IMG/VR virus record: IMGVR_UViG_3300028887_000077
Span: 86,028 to 150,027 of that record
Direction: 5' to 3' (one strand)
Source: a virus
Lineage: Duplodnaviria; Caudoviricetes
DNA: 64,000 bases
Under the pieces are notes generated by a model. That model did no database searches. It worked only from the letters and a program-made list of their open reading frames with translations, and was not told the origin of the DNA. Below, piece after piece: positions 8,709-16,774 of the stretch (position 1 is the stretch's first letter; every line of letters begins with the position of its first letter). Both the position numbers and the translations under genes were made by a program.

Positions 8709-9011
8709 TCAACCTCCATAGTTTTTGAGTTCTTTGGTCTGCGGTTCTTCCTCGCGAGCGTAGTCCAGCCCGAACACCCTTTTCATGACATCACATACCA
8801 TCGCTCTGATCGAGTCGGCACTGACGTTGATACTCATCGACTTTTCAGGGTTGGCATTGACGATCTCGACAGTTTCCGGATACCTGCGGGCCACAGGATT
8901 CTTCTCGTCCAGATACTGAACGTCCTTGATGCCGAGCCCTGCGTTGATAAGCAGGGGTTTCAGCAGGTTGTTGACATATGCGCGTTTTCCTTCGTGATTG
9001 TTTTCGTACAT
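8709..9011 (-). CDS. hypothetical protein
   Basis: GGAGGTG SD; INVSADS..AM..DV motif shared with 12496-12807. Confidence 0.75.
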   Translation of the reverse strand: MYENNHEGKRAYVNNLLKPLLINAGLGIKDVQYLDEKNPVARRYPETVEIVNANPEKSMSINVSADSIRAMVCDVMKRVFGLDYAREEEPQTKELKNYGG

Positions 9012-9013
9012 TT

Positions 9014-9544
9014 TTATTCACCTCCTTCCGTTTTCTTTTTGATGCGATCTGCAAGAACCTCATCGACGTTTTCTTCGGGAAAGCCGTATTGCAGCAGGTC
9101 GCCCCGTCCCCATCCGCGTTCGCAGAGATCGTTGATGGTTTCGTGATAACCGAGTTTGTCGATGCGCTCGGCAATCACTTGTTCGCAGAACTCAATTTTC
9201 TTGAGTTCCACTGCGTCGCAAACGTCCATGGTGGTTCCCTCAATTTCAACGCTGATGTGGTCATCGGCATATGACCCGTCCCGGTACATCACAAACGACT
9301 TATCACCTTCTTCGATAACAACGCCGTCCTCGTCCGTGAGACGGTCGTTCTTTTTGATGTACCCGACATTTTCTTTGAAGATTCTCTTCGCTTCTTCTTC
9401 GTCGAAGCTGGCTCCGAGAACACAGGTTTCGGTTCTTCCTTCGTCCACGTACTCTTCTACGACGGCCAGAAGGAGCCCGTTTACCTTCTGGTGCTGCGGA
9501 TATTTGTCACAACAAACGGATTTTAACGGATACATTTTTCTCAT
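9014..9544 (-). CDS. acidic hypothetical protein
   Basis: GGAGGTG SD. Confidence 0.75.
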   Translation of the reverse strand: MRKMYPLKSVCCDKYPQHQKVNGLLLAVVEEYVDEGRTETCVLGASFDEEEAKRIFKENVGYIKKNDRLTDEDGVVIEEGDKSFVMYRDGSYADDHISVEIEGTTMDVCDAVELKKIEFCEQVIAERIDKLGYHETINDLCERGWGRGDLLQYGFPEENVDEVLADRIKKKTEGGE

Positions 9545-9564
9545 GGTGCTTTCACCTCCTTTCT

Positions 9565-10017
9565 TCAATAACAGGTTTTGGTTGCATACTCTGGATTGCC
9601 CAGCATGTCAGAGGCTTTACGCGTCGACTGCCTGTCGAGATCAATGCTTTGTGCGTCGTTTTTGGTGATGATCACGGAATACGCCGTCAAATACCGTAGT
9701 TTTTCGTGTCCTACCTCGGTAATGATGATGGCGTCTCCGTCGACGATCAGCTTTTGAAGCTCTTGGATAAACAGATCGTACTCGGTTCCTTCAAAATCTT
9801 CGTCCTCATCGTCGTCGTTGTTGTTTTCAACGGGACAAATCCCGATAATCGAACTGTATCCTCCGAATGCGAAAACGCGATTACCGTCTTCGTCTTTGTT
9901 TTCCCACAGTTCGATGTTTCCCTCGTCCGAAACAACGCGGCCGATGAGCTTTTTGAGCCCTTCGGGATCGTTGACGTGGAAATAGTTGGTTCTGGTCATT
10001 CCGTAATAGTTTGCCAT
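9565..10017 (-). CDS. hypothetical phage/MGE protein
   Basis: MANYYGMTRTNYFHV...EVGHEKLRYL motif. Confidence 0.8.
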   Translation of the reverse strand: MANYYGMTRTNYFHVNDPEGLKKLIGRVVSDEGNIELWENKDEDGNRVFAFGGYSSIIGICPVENNNDDDEDEDFEGTEYDLFIQELQKLIVDGDAIIITEVGHEKLRYLTAYSVIITKNDAQSIDLDRQSTRKASDMLGNPEYATKTCY

Positions 10018-10051
10018 TTTTTAATCCCCCTTTCAACTTTCTTGTCTCATT

Positions 10052-10396
10052 TCAGACGCGAATTTTGGTTGGTGCGACGAACGCCGTAGCCGCCTCGTGC
10101 GTGTTAAGCAACCTATCGCATTCTGCTTCTGCGTTGTTGATATTGATGTAGGTCTTAAACGACCACTTGCCAGAGTTAATTTCGGAATATACGACGATAT
10201 ATCCGTCTGCTCCGTCTTCGGGGTCGTCGTCGTCGCAAATCCATGCATCGTCGAGCTCAACGCTCTTTTCGTTGTGCGGTTCATCGGTCGCGGTGCCGAT
10301 GACGCTTGCGAGATAGTCGATCGTACCGATATTGCACTCTTTGGCTTTGGCGTCGTCGACATTGAGAACGGCGATGACTTTACGTTTTTCCTGCAT
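10052..10396 (-). CDS. acidic hypothetical protein
   Basis: AAAGGGGG SD. Confidence 0.7.
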   Translation of the reverse strand: MQEKRKVIAVLNVDDAKAKECNIGTIDYLASVIGTATDEPHNEKSVELDDAWICDDDDPEDGADGYIVVYSEINSGKWSFKTYININNAEAECDRLLNTHEAATAFVAPTKIRV

Positions 10397-10787
10397 ATTG
10401 TTTACCCCCTTTCTTTTCATTCATTGCGAGAAAATAGTCAAGCCATACGTCGAACGACTTGTCGTAGTACTGTTCGGCGCTGTCGATGCTTTTGCCGAGC
10501 TGAACGACAATCGAGTTGCAATGACAACTGAGGCTTTCGTCTTTCATTGCGATTTCGAGGGCCCTCCACAGTTTGTAATAGAAATCGTGGCAGACTCCTT
10601 TCGTTACAGGAGGAGCTTCTGGGTCGACCGCCGTATTTGACGAATCAACCATTTCTAGGTCGCTGTAGTCGATTTCGTTTCTAGCGTTTTGCCTGTCAAA
10701 CTCCTCAAGGGCGCCCTCTTCGTTTTCTGCTTCCACATAGTAAGTGCCGATCAGCTCTTCGCGATGAACAATCTTCCATTCTTTCAT
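10380..10787 (-). CDS. DpnD/PcfM-like N-terminal domain protein
   Basis: MKEWKIVHREELIGTYYVEAENEEGALE resembles the PcfM 'V.VEA.S.EEA' pattern. Confidence 0.6.
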   Translation of the reverse strand: MKEWKIVHREELIGTYYVEAENEEGALEEFDRQNARNEIDYSDLEMVDSSNTAVDPEAPPVTKGVCHDFYYKLWRALEIAMKDESLSCHCNSIVVQLGKSIDSAEQYYDKSFDVWLDYFLAMNEKKGGKQYAGKT

Positions 10788-10793
10788 CTTATT

Positions 10794-11210
10794 TCACCTC
10801 CTTCCGATACTCGCGAGACACCCGTGCTCCATCAGAGTAATAACATCCTCTTTGAGCCTGGAAATATTCGTGCAATGGTTCGGACCACCGTGATAGTCCT
10901 TTTCGTCTTTCATCGTACGGATCAAAATGTCTGTTGCCCATTCGTCTTGCCAGTACCTGATGTCGCTGATCTTGATATATACGAATTTGCCATCGGCGCT
11001 TTTTACGGTTGCGTATAATTCGTAATATCCCTTACGAACGTCGATCTCGTAGATGCCGGACCACAGCTTTTTGAGCCAGTCGCGATATCTTCTCAGGAAC
11101 AATTTTGCGTCATCGCCCCCATATGCGAAGACGTGTCCATAGTATTGTTTGAGACATAGCGGAATATCTGCGGTGTTCATTTCTCCGGCTCTTGTCCACA
11201 CCTTGCTCAT
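10794..11210 (-). CDS. hypothetical phage protein
   Basis: GKFVYI..SD.RY...W...ILIRT...KDY.GG.N motif. Confidence 0.8.
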   Translation of the reverse strand: MSKVWTRAGEMNTADIPLCLKQYYGHVFAYGGDDAKLFLRRYRDWLKKLWSGIYEIDVRKGYYELYATVKSADGKFVYIKISDIRYWQDEWATDILIRTMKDEKDYHGGPNHCTNISRLKEDVITLMEHGCLASIGRR

Positions 11211-11224
11211 GTTTTCACCTCCTT

Positions 11225-11752
11225 TTACCATCCATAAACTTTTGCGACGTACGGATGCAGACTTTTGGTATACTTTTGGATCATGTTGTCCGTCATCCCT
11301 TTGCCATCTTCAAGACGATCTTCGAGGTGGTCAACGTTGACCCCGGGCTTGATCAACCGATATGTCAGATGGTCGGTCCCGTCGTGGTGGATCATCGTGG
11401 CGCGAATGTTCTTTCCGTCCGAATACCACTCGCAGTAATCGCAATCGGAGTAGAGAATGTCGCTGAGCTTCTTTTTGCGCATGATACTAAAGCCAGTTAC
11501 GCGCCCCATCCACGTCCCGAGGTCTCCGATGACGAGGATGTCTCCGACGTACTGATTGAGGTTGGCGCGCTCGTCGTCGATATAATGATCGTTGAGCTCA
11601 CGCGCCCACTCGAGTACATCGTACTCGTCGGGCTCTTCCGGGACGTCTTCGCCGCTGTCCGCCATTTCCTCCTTGTAGCCGTCGACCCAGTCTTCGTACT
11701 TGATGTCGATGTTGCTCCAGATAGTGTGATGCTGTTGTTTTTTGGTTGCCAT
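11225..11752 (-). CDS. acidic hypothetical phage protein
   Basis: IGDLGTWMGR...HHDGT motifs; AAAGGAG SD. Confidence 0.8.
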   Translation of the reverse strand: MATKKQQHHTIWSNIDIKYEDWVDGYKEEMADSGEDVPEEPDEYDVLEWARELNDHYIDDERANLNQYVGDILVIGDLGTWMGRVTGFSIMRKKKLSDILYSDCDYCEWYSDGKNIRATMIHHDGTDHLTYRLIKPGVNVDHLEDRLEDGKGMTDNMIQKYTKSLHPYVAKVYGW

Positions 11753-11776
11753 TTTTGTCTCCTTTCATTAAAAGTT

Positions 11777-11989
11777 TCAGGTGATCGCCCAGTCGATCAT
11801 GTACAGGTAGTCGTTCGCGGCCTCGAACGCTTCGTCCACGGTTTTAAACCAGTGCCATCTGTTGTCAATTCTTGTGTGACACTTGTACCCGTATCTGACC
11901 GTGCCGGTTGACCATGTGCGAGCCCTGATTTTGATCCATGTCTCTCCGTGGTTTTCGACAAGTTTTTTGTTGGCCTCTTCAACGGTCAT
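11777..11989 (-). CDS. hypothetical protein
   Basis: GGAGGTG SD. Confidence 0.7.
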   Translation of the reverse strand: MTVEEANKKLVENHGETWIKIRARTWSTGTVRYGYKCHTRIDNRWHWFKTVDEAFEAANDYLYMIDWAIT

Positions 11990-12006
11990 GACCGCACCTC
12001 CTTTCG

Positions 12007-12480
12007 TTAAAAATCGACCTCTGCGAATCTTTCAGGCATGAGGATGATTTCGATATGCGTGCCATTGTTGTAGGTGTTGGGCACACGGCGCTCTTCTTCC
12101 TCTCTGTACTTCTCGCTGTCTTTGGCGGCCAGCAGGGTTTTGTACAGATCTTCCGCAACCCGTTCTAGACACTCGTCTGTATTGCGAGAGTACCGTTCGA
12201 GCCTCTCCATCCACGTATTTTGCAGATCGTCCATATAGACATCGAGAGAATATCTTTCGTTAACAACCTGCGTTTTAATGTAGCGGTGTGGGAAGAATGG
12301 GTTGTCATCGATCTGAAAATAGTACATATATCCGTTCAAAACGAAGCGGATATAGTTGAAGTACGAATCGTGTTCTTTGACTTTTCCTCCGGCTTTTTCA
12401 ACAATCTTTTTCAGATTGTCAAGAATAACCCTTGCGTCTTGACGGAACGTAGTCCGTTCATGCGGATAAACCAGAGCCAT
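12007..12480 (-). CDS. hypothetical phage protein
   Basis: YYFQIDDNPFF...VPNTYNNGTH; GGAGGTG SD. Confidence 0.8.
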   Translation of the reverse strand: MALVYPHERTTFRQDARVILDNLKKIVEKAGGKVKEHDSYFNYIRFVLNGYMYYFQIDDNPFFPHRYIKTQVVNERYSLDVYMDDLQNTWMERLERYSRNTDECLERVAEDLYKTLLAAKDSEKYREEEERRVPNTYNNGTHIEIILMPERFAEVDF

Positions 12481-12495
12481 TATGTTCACCTCCTT

Positions 12496-12807
12496 TCAGC
12501 AAATATTATCAATCACGTCGAGCATGATTGCCGTGAGTGAATCAAGGGTGACGCAGACGTAGTTTCCTTCCGTGGGATCGTTCTCGTTGTAGCCAAGAAC
12601 GACATACTCGAAATAATATCCGTCTTTGAGTTTCATCAGGTAGTAACGAGCGGATTTCCATCCGCAGTTGCTGGCGATGATTGCGGGCTCGAGGTACTTG
12701 CTGACGAACTTCCTCTTGTTTTTCTGCTCGTCGGAATACTCGATTTCGTCCGCAAAAGTGAATCCGTTTTGAGTTAGCACGAATTTGGAAACCGGAACTT
12801 GTTTCAT
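12496..12807 (-). CDS. hypothetical protein
   Basis: GGAGGTG SD; VCVTLDS..AI..DV. Confidence 0.75.
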   Translation of the reverse strand: MKQVPVSKFVLTQNGFTFADEIEYSDEQKNKRKFVSKYLEPAIIASNCGWKSARYYLMKLKDGYYFEYVVLGYNENDPTEGNYVCVTLDSLTAIMLDVIDNIC

Positions 12808-12819
12808 ATTTTCACCTCC

Positions 12820-13011
12820 TTAAAACACATTGTCGTCGAAGAGCATACCAGATTCAAAACCGAGATACTCACACATAGCCCTGGCGGTCAATTCTTCGTC
12901 AGAGTAGTCTTGACTGTCGAATGTGTACATGGATCCGTTGACAACGACGTCGACTCCGCCATCGTCATATCTCGTGATTTTGACGTTGTATTTCGTTTCA
13001 TTTTGTACCAT
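12820..13011 (-). CDS. small acidic protein
   Basis: GGAGGTG SD. Confidence 0.7.
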   Translation of the reverse strand: MVQNETKYNVKITRYDDGGVDVVVNGSMYTFDSQDYSDEELTARAMCEYLGFESGMLFDDNVF

Positions 13012-13635
13012 TTATTCCACCTCCTTTCTGTCTTCATCGCAATCAAGGACATATCCGTAGCCGAAGTGCTCAATTTCATCATCGGTCAATCCGATGTCGT
13101 TCCGAAGATGATTGAGCGTTTCGCTCGGCATTTCGTTAATAACCGGATCTGCCACGGAAAGGTTAATCGCGTTGTCTGCGATTTCTTCTAGCCGCTTATA
13201 CGACGGTTTGTTGTCCCCGACGTCATATTCGAGATTTCGCGACATCCACACAAACATGTCGAGCGCCGGAAGCCGGGACAGATGTTTTGCATAAATGGCG
13301 ATGTCCTTTGCGAAATTATCCGCAATCAACGAATTGCCTCTGACGTTCTCTCTGATTTCGTCATAAGACACTTTCTTGAAGATATCGTTGCCAACATCGA
13401 CCAAGTGCACAATCGCGAGACGTAGCGCCATCTCATTCTCCCGCTTCATAGCGCTAAGAATAGCGTCGATAAACTTATATGAACCGACAGGTCCGATCTT
13501 GGCGACGGTGTTGTCATACTCTTCCGGCGTAAGGTAAGAGTACGACTTGAGGAACTCCTCTTTGTTGAGGATAAGCATGTCAAGGAGTTTCTCGACGTCG
13601 TTGGTGAAGGGGTATGCGGGTTTGTTGTTGTTCAT
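13012..13635 (-). CDS. hypothetical protein
   Basis: KEEFLKSYSYLTPEEYD motif; AAGGAGG SD. Confidence 0.8.
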   Translation of the reverse strand: MNNNKPAYPFTNDVEKLLDMLILNKEEFLKSYSYLTPEEYDNTVAKIGPVGSYKFIDAILSAMKRENEMALRLAIVHLVDVGNDIFKKVSYDEIRENVRGNSLIADNFAKDIAIYAKHLSRLPALDMFVWMSRNLEYDVGDNKPSYKRLEEIADNAINLSVADPVINEMPSETLNHLRNDIGLTDDEIEHFGYGYVLDCDEDRKEVE

Positions 13636-13653
13636 TTTGGTTCCTCCTTTTTT

Positions 13654-14136
13654 TTATTTAAGCTTTGGATGCTCTTCAAAGAACTCTTTGTTTTCCCAGT
13701 CGACCCAGTTAGAATTTGTTTCCCCTCCGAAAAGACGACTGTATACCACAGTACGGCCTCTTAGCCCTTCCTTGTATCCTATGGGTTCATACATAACAAC
13801 AACGTTCTTGTTGTAGGTGATGGCCTCACAGATATCTTCGATAAGGTCATGAAGCGTATCTGCTTTACAAGACGGAAGCGCCGGAACCTTCATGCTCCCA
13901 ACGATAAGAGGGTCTTCTTTGAACGAGCTCACATAGAGCCTGAACGGACGATAGTGGTCTGGGTTTTTGACAGATTCGACAAGAATTTTGTCTCTGTCTG
14001 GCACTGAGATCTTCATACTAGGATCAAGCTGTTTTCCGCAACGCATTAGATATTCGATGCCGAATGCGATGGTGTCTTTGGGGACGTCTTCAAACGAATC
14101 AACCTCGAATGTGATTCTATATTTTTCGGTTGCCAT
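13654..14136 (-). CDS. hypothetical protein
   Basis: AAAGGAGG SD. Confidence 0.75.
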   Translation of the reverse strand: MATEKYRITFEVDSFEDVPKDTIAFGIEYLMRCGKQLDPSMKISVPDRDKILVESVKNPDHYRPFRLYVSSFKEDPLIVGSMKVPALPSCKADTLHDLIEDICEAITYNKNVVVMYEPIGYKEGLRGRTVVYSRLFGGETNSNWVDWENKEFFEEHPKLK

Positions 14137-14138
14137 TC

Positions 14139-14294
14139 TTATTCCTCCTTTATATATTCGATATAGGGGTCTTTTTTAAGCACTACGGTATGCAGACCAT
14201 ACATATACTTTTCCTGAAACCTGATCAAAAGGCAGGTCTCTGTCTCTCTTTCGATAACACAGAGACTGCCATTATACTTGATGTAGCGCGGCAT
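14139..14294 (-). CDS. 51-aa hypothetical protein
   Basis: MPRYIKYNG...YIKEE fills the gap; contains a terminator-like hairpin. Confidence 0.5.
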   Translation of the reverse strand: MPRYIKYNGSLCVIERETETCLLIRFQEKYMYGLHTVVLKKDPYIEYIKEE

Positions 14295-14295
14295 A

Positions 14296-14478
14296 TTAGT
14301 CTTCAGGCGGGAGCCACTCGTTCCAGTGCTCCCAGATCATGTTGTACTCTTCTTCTGTGAGACCACCGTCGTTCACATCGCACTGAAGGCGGATTTTAAG
14401 GCTGTAGTAATTGGCCGCCTGCCGAGCCTCGTTCTGAAATAGTGCTTTGACTTCTTCGACTCTTTTTTCTGTGATCAT
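14296..14478 (-). CDS. hypothetical protein
   Basis: GGAGGTG SD, ATGA overlap. Confidence 0.7.
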   Translation of the reverse strand: MITEKRVEEVKALFQNEARQAANYYSLKIRLQCDVNDGGLTEEEYNMIWEHWNEWLPPED

Positions 14479-14975
14479 GCCTTCACCTCCTTTGCAAGAA
14501 GTTGTCGCTCGATATCTTCTTGCACCCTTTTTTTGAACGCAAGAAACGCCGCAAGGAAGCCGAGAATATCCTTGAGGTTTGCTTGATTGTGGCGTTCATA
14601 TGACGGTCCGGAAACATGAATTCTGAAGGTGTCGCAGCATCGACGACTTTCGTAATCGTACGAATACGTGCTGTGGTATATGTCTCCGAGATCGTCAATA
14701 TAAAACATCCGCTCGTCAGTGATGTTGTGCTTACGCGCATACTTCAACAGCCTCCACGATTCGTCGGCACAAATCTCTTCGCCGATCATTTTCTTGTTTC
14801 CCTTGAAGTACTCTTCGACCAGCAGACCGTTTCTCTTTGCTGCGATCAAGAGATCAATGGTGTCTTTGATGTCGTCGGCGAGATCTTTGACTGTGTTGAT
14901 GGCCTTTCTGAGCGCGTCTCCGGTAATGTTTGCGGTTGCCTTCATTCTTTCGATCAGATTTTGCGTGTTGCTCAT
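14475..14975 (-). CDS. hypothetical protein
   Basis: 166 aa, SD present. Confidence 0.75.
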   Translation of the reverse strand: MSNTQNLIERMKATANITGDALRKAINTVKDLADDIKDTIDLLIAAKRNGLLVEEYFKGNKKMIGEEICADESWRLLKYARKHNITDERMFYIDDLGDIYHSTYSYDYESRRCCDTFRIHVSGPSYERHNQANLKDILGFLAAFLAFKKRVQEDIERQLLAKEVKA

Positions 14976-14978
14976 TGT

Positions 14979-15134
14979 TTATTCTTCCTCTCCTTCTTCG
15001 AGAATTTTTGTTCGAATTGAATCGGGCTCGATACGATACGCTTCTTCTTTAGCGCGTTTGATTGCATCTTTTTTATTTTTGGCTTCCACATACACGATGT
15101 GCTTTTCAACGACCTCGACGGTATATTCTCTCAT
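14979..15134 (-). CDS. small DpnD/PcfM-like protein
   Basis: MREYTVEVVEKHIVYVEAKNKKDAIKRA; GGAGGTG SD; below track cutoff. Confidence 0.6.
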   Translation of the reverse strand: MREYTVEVVEKHIVYVEAKNKKDAIKRAKEEAYRIEPDSIRTKILEEGEEE

Positions 15135-15346
15135 CGGTTTTCACCTCCTTCCTCAATAGGCTCAAACGAGAAAAATGTTGTTTCGCTGCGAAGTTTATGC
15201 AATCTTAGATCTTCGATCGAAATACAGTCGTGGCATGGGACTTCCGTGGTGAGTTTGTTATGATGTTTGCATAATTTGCAAGGCGAACGATCAAATCCGT
15301 CATCATCAACAAACCCTTTTCTTGGTTTTGGTCTCATAATTTCCAT
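15131..15346 (-). CDS. small Cys-rich protein
   Basis: CKLCKH...PCHDC. Confidence 0.7.
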   Translation of the reverse strand: MEIMRPKPRKGFVDDDGFDRSPCKLCKHHNKLTTEVPCHDCISIEDLRLHKLRSETTFFSFEPIEEGGENR

Positions 15347-15897
15347 TAATTTTCACCACCTTTCTCTTCGGTTGCTTTCTTGTTCGCGGGATGGTTCTCG
15401 TCCCAGAACGTGACGCTATCTATATATAGACCGTCTTTTCTCGCCGCGTTCATGCACCAGACGAAGAGGTCCGTGATTTCAACGAAGTTGTCTTCCTCGG
15501 TGTAATAATCGAGGTCTTCGTCAGTTTCTTTGCCGTTAATATCCCCGTCTGCGACACCATCACAGAGCCAGTAGTTGAGACAGATATCCTCGTCGTTAAT
15601 AGATCTTGCAAGGAAATCCATCGCGCGTATTGCATCTGCGCGAGCGTGCATGTTGCTCGGAATTACGCCGATCTCTTTGTTTGTCCTCGCGCAACGTACG
15701 ACTTCCGCGAACAACAGATAAAGCCTGTTGAGCTCCTCCGTTTCGACGTTCTTTGCGTCGTCGACATTGATCTCCGGCCAGATGACGTCACAAGACGCCG
15801 GTTCAATAATCGGAATGAGCATGGTCATATATTTGACCATATCATACCTCTCTTCGACGTTGCTTTTGATGTATTTAAATTTTTCTTCGCAGTACAT
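15346..15897 (-). CDS. acidic hypothetical protein
   Basis: AMDFLARSINDE...W...GVADGD motif. Confidence 0.75.
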   Translation of the reverse strand: MYCEEKFKYIKSNVEERYDMVKYMTMLIPIIEPASCDVIWPEINVDDAKNVETEELNRLYLLFAEVVRCARTNKEIGVIPSNMHARADAIRAMDFLARSINDEDICLNYWLCDGVADGDINGKETDEDLDYYTEEDNFVEITDLFVWCMNAARKDGLYIDSVTFWDENHPANKKATEEKGGEN

Positions 15898-15932
15898 GTT
15901 TTATCTCCTTTCGTTTTTCAATGGTCCTACCT

Positions 15933-16199
15933 TCAGATTTTATAACCACAAAGCATTTGTGAAACGAGACGATTTTCTTTCGCGGCAACTTCGAGTGCTT
16001 CGGATTCGGTTTTTGCCTCATATACACCGAGGAACATATCTCCGTTGCGGTCGATCCATGCGCCATCGTCATTGTCGAGGAAATCCCAGATATCCTCATC
16101 GTCCTCCCAGTCAATGCCCTCGTTTTCGGCGGAGAGGCAGTCTGCGATTTGGGTGTCCCTCGTGTAAACCTCTTTGATGCAAACAACATATTTGTTCAT
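15933..16199 (-). CDS. small acidic protein
   Basis: AAGGAGG SD; D/E-rich. Confidence 0.75.
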   Translation of the reverse strand: MNKYVVCIKEVYTRDTQIADCLSAENEGIDWEDDEDIWDFLDNDDGAWIDRNGDMFLGVYEAKTESEALEVAAKENRLVSQMLCGYKI

Positions 16200-16215
16200 T
16201 TTCTGTTTCCTCCTT

Positions 16216-16514
16216 TTATTTTTTCAGATACTCAAGAATTGCTTTGCTCAGACAATGCCAGTGGATGTTCCAGTAGGTGTCGTAGTCGCAGAGACGATCA
16301 TGAAAGTCGGAAGAGATCTTTTCGATATCATGATCGTTAAGGTTTTGATGTCAATTGCCTCGGAAAGGTCTTCGTCTTGTTGGATCAGATTGTCAATGTC
16401 CTCTTTCAGATATTTACGTTCTTTCTCGCGATAGATCACCTCCTTCTCCTCAGAAGTTAGGGTGATGACGATGTCAATGTTTACACCGTCCTGTTCGATA
16501 GTACGCTTGATCAT
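16216..16514 (-). pseudogene. frameshifted hypothetical gene
   Basis: Adding one A to the A4 run at 16343-16346 gives ...DIKNLNDHDIEKISSDFHDRLCDYDTYWNIHWHCLSKAILEYLKK*, ending right at the next gene's SD. Confidence 0.6.
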
Positions 16515-16759
16515 TTGAATCCTCTCCTTTCTTTTTTAAGATACTTGCAATACTTTTTACGACCGCGTTTTCCGTCGTGACCGGTAAAGTCCTTGAGGAA
16601 TTTATCGAAGTCGTAATATTCCTGAATTGGTCCGTTTTCTCCTCCGATAATCCAAACGTCTTCGAACCCGTCACCGTTTTCGATGTCTTCCTGGGACGCA
16701 CACTCTTTGACGCGACATGAGTACTGTGCCCAGTATTTCTGCTTTTTCTTCCGAAACAC
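16511..16759 (-). CDS. hypothetical protein
   Basis: GGAGGTG SD with GTG start. Confidence 0.7.
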   Translation of the reverse strand: MFRKKKQKYWAQYSCRVKECASQEDIENGDGFEDVWIIGGENGPIQEYYDFDKFLKDFTGHDGKRGRKKYCKYLKKERRGFK

Positions 16760-16774
16760 TTATATCACCTCCTT

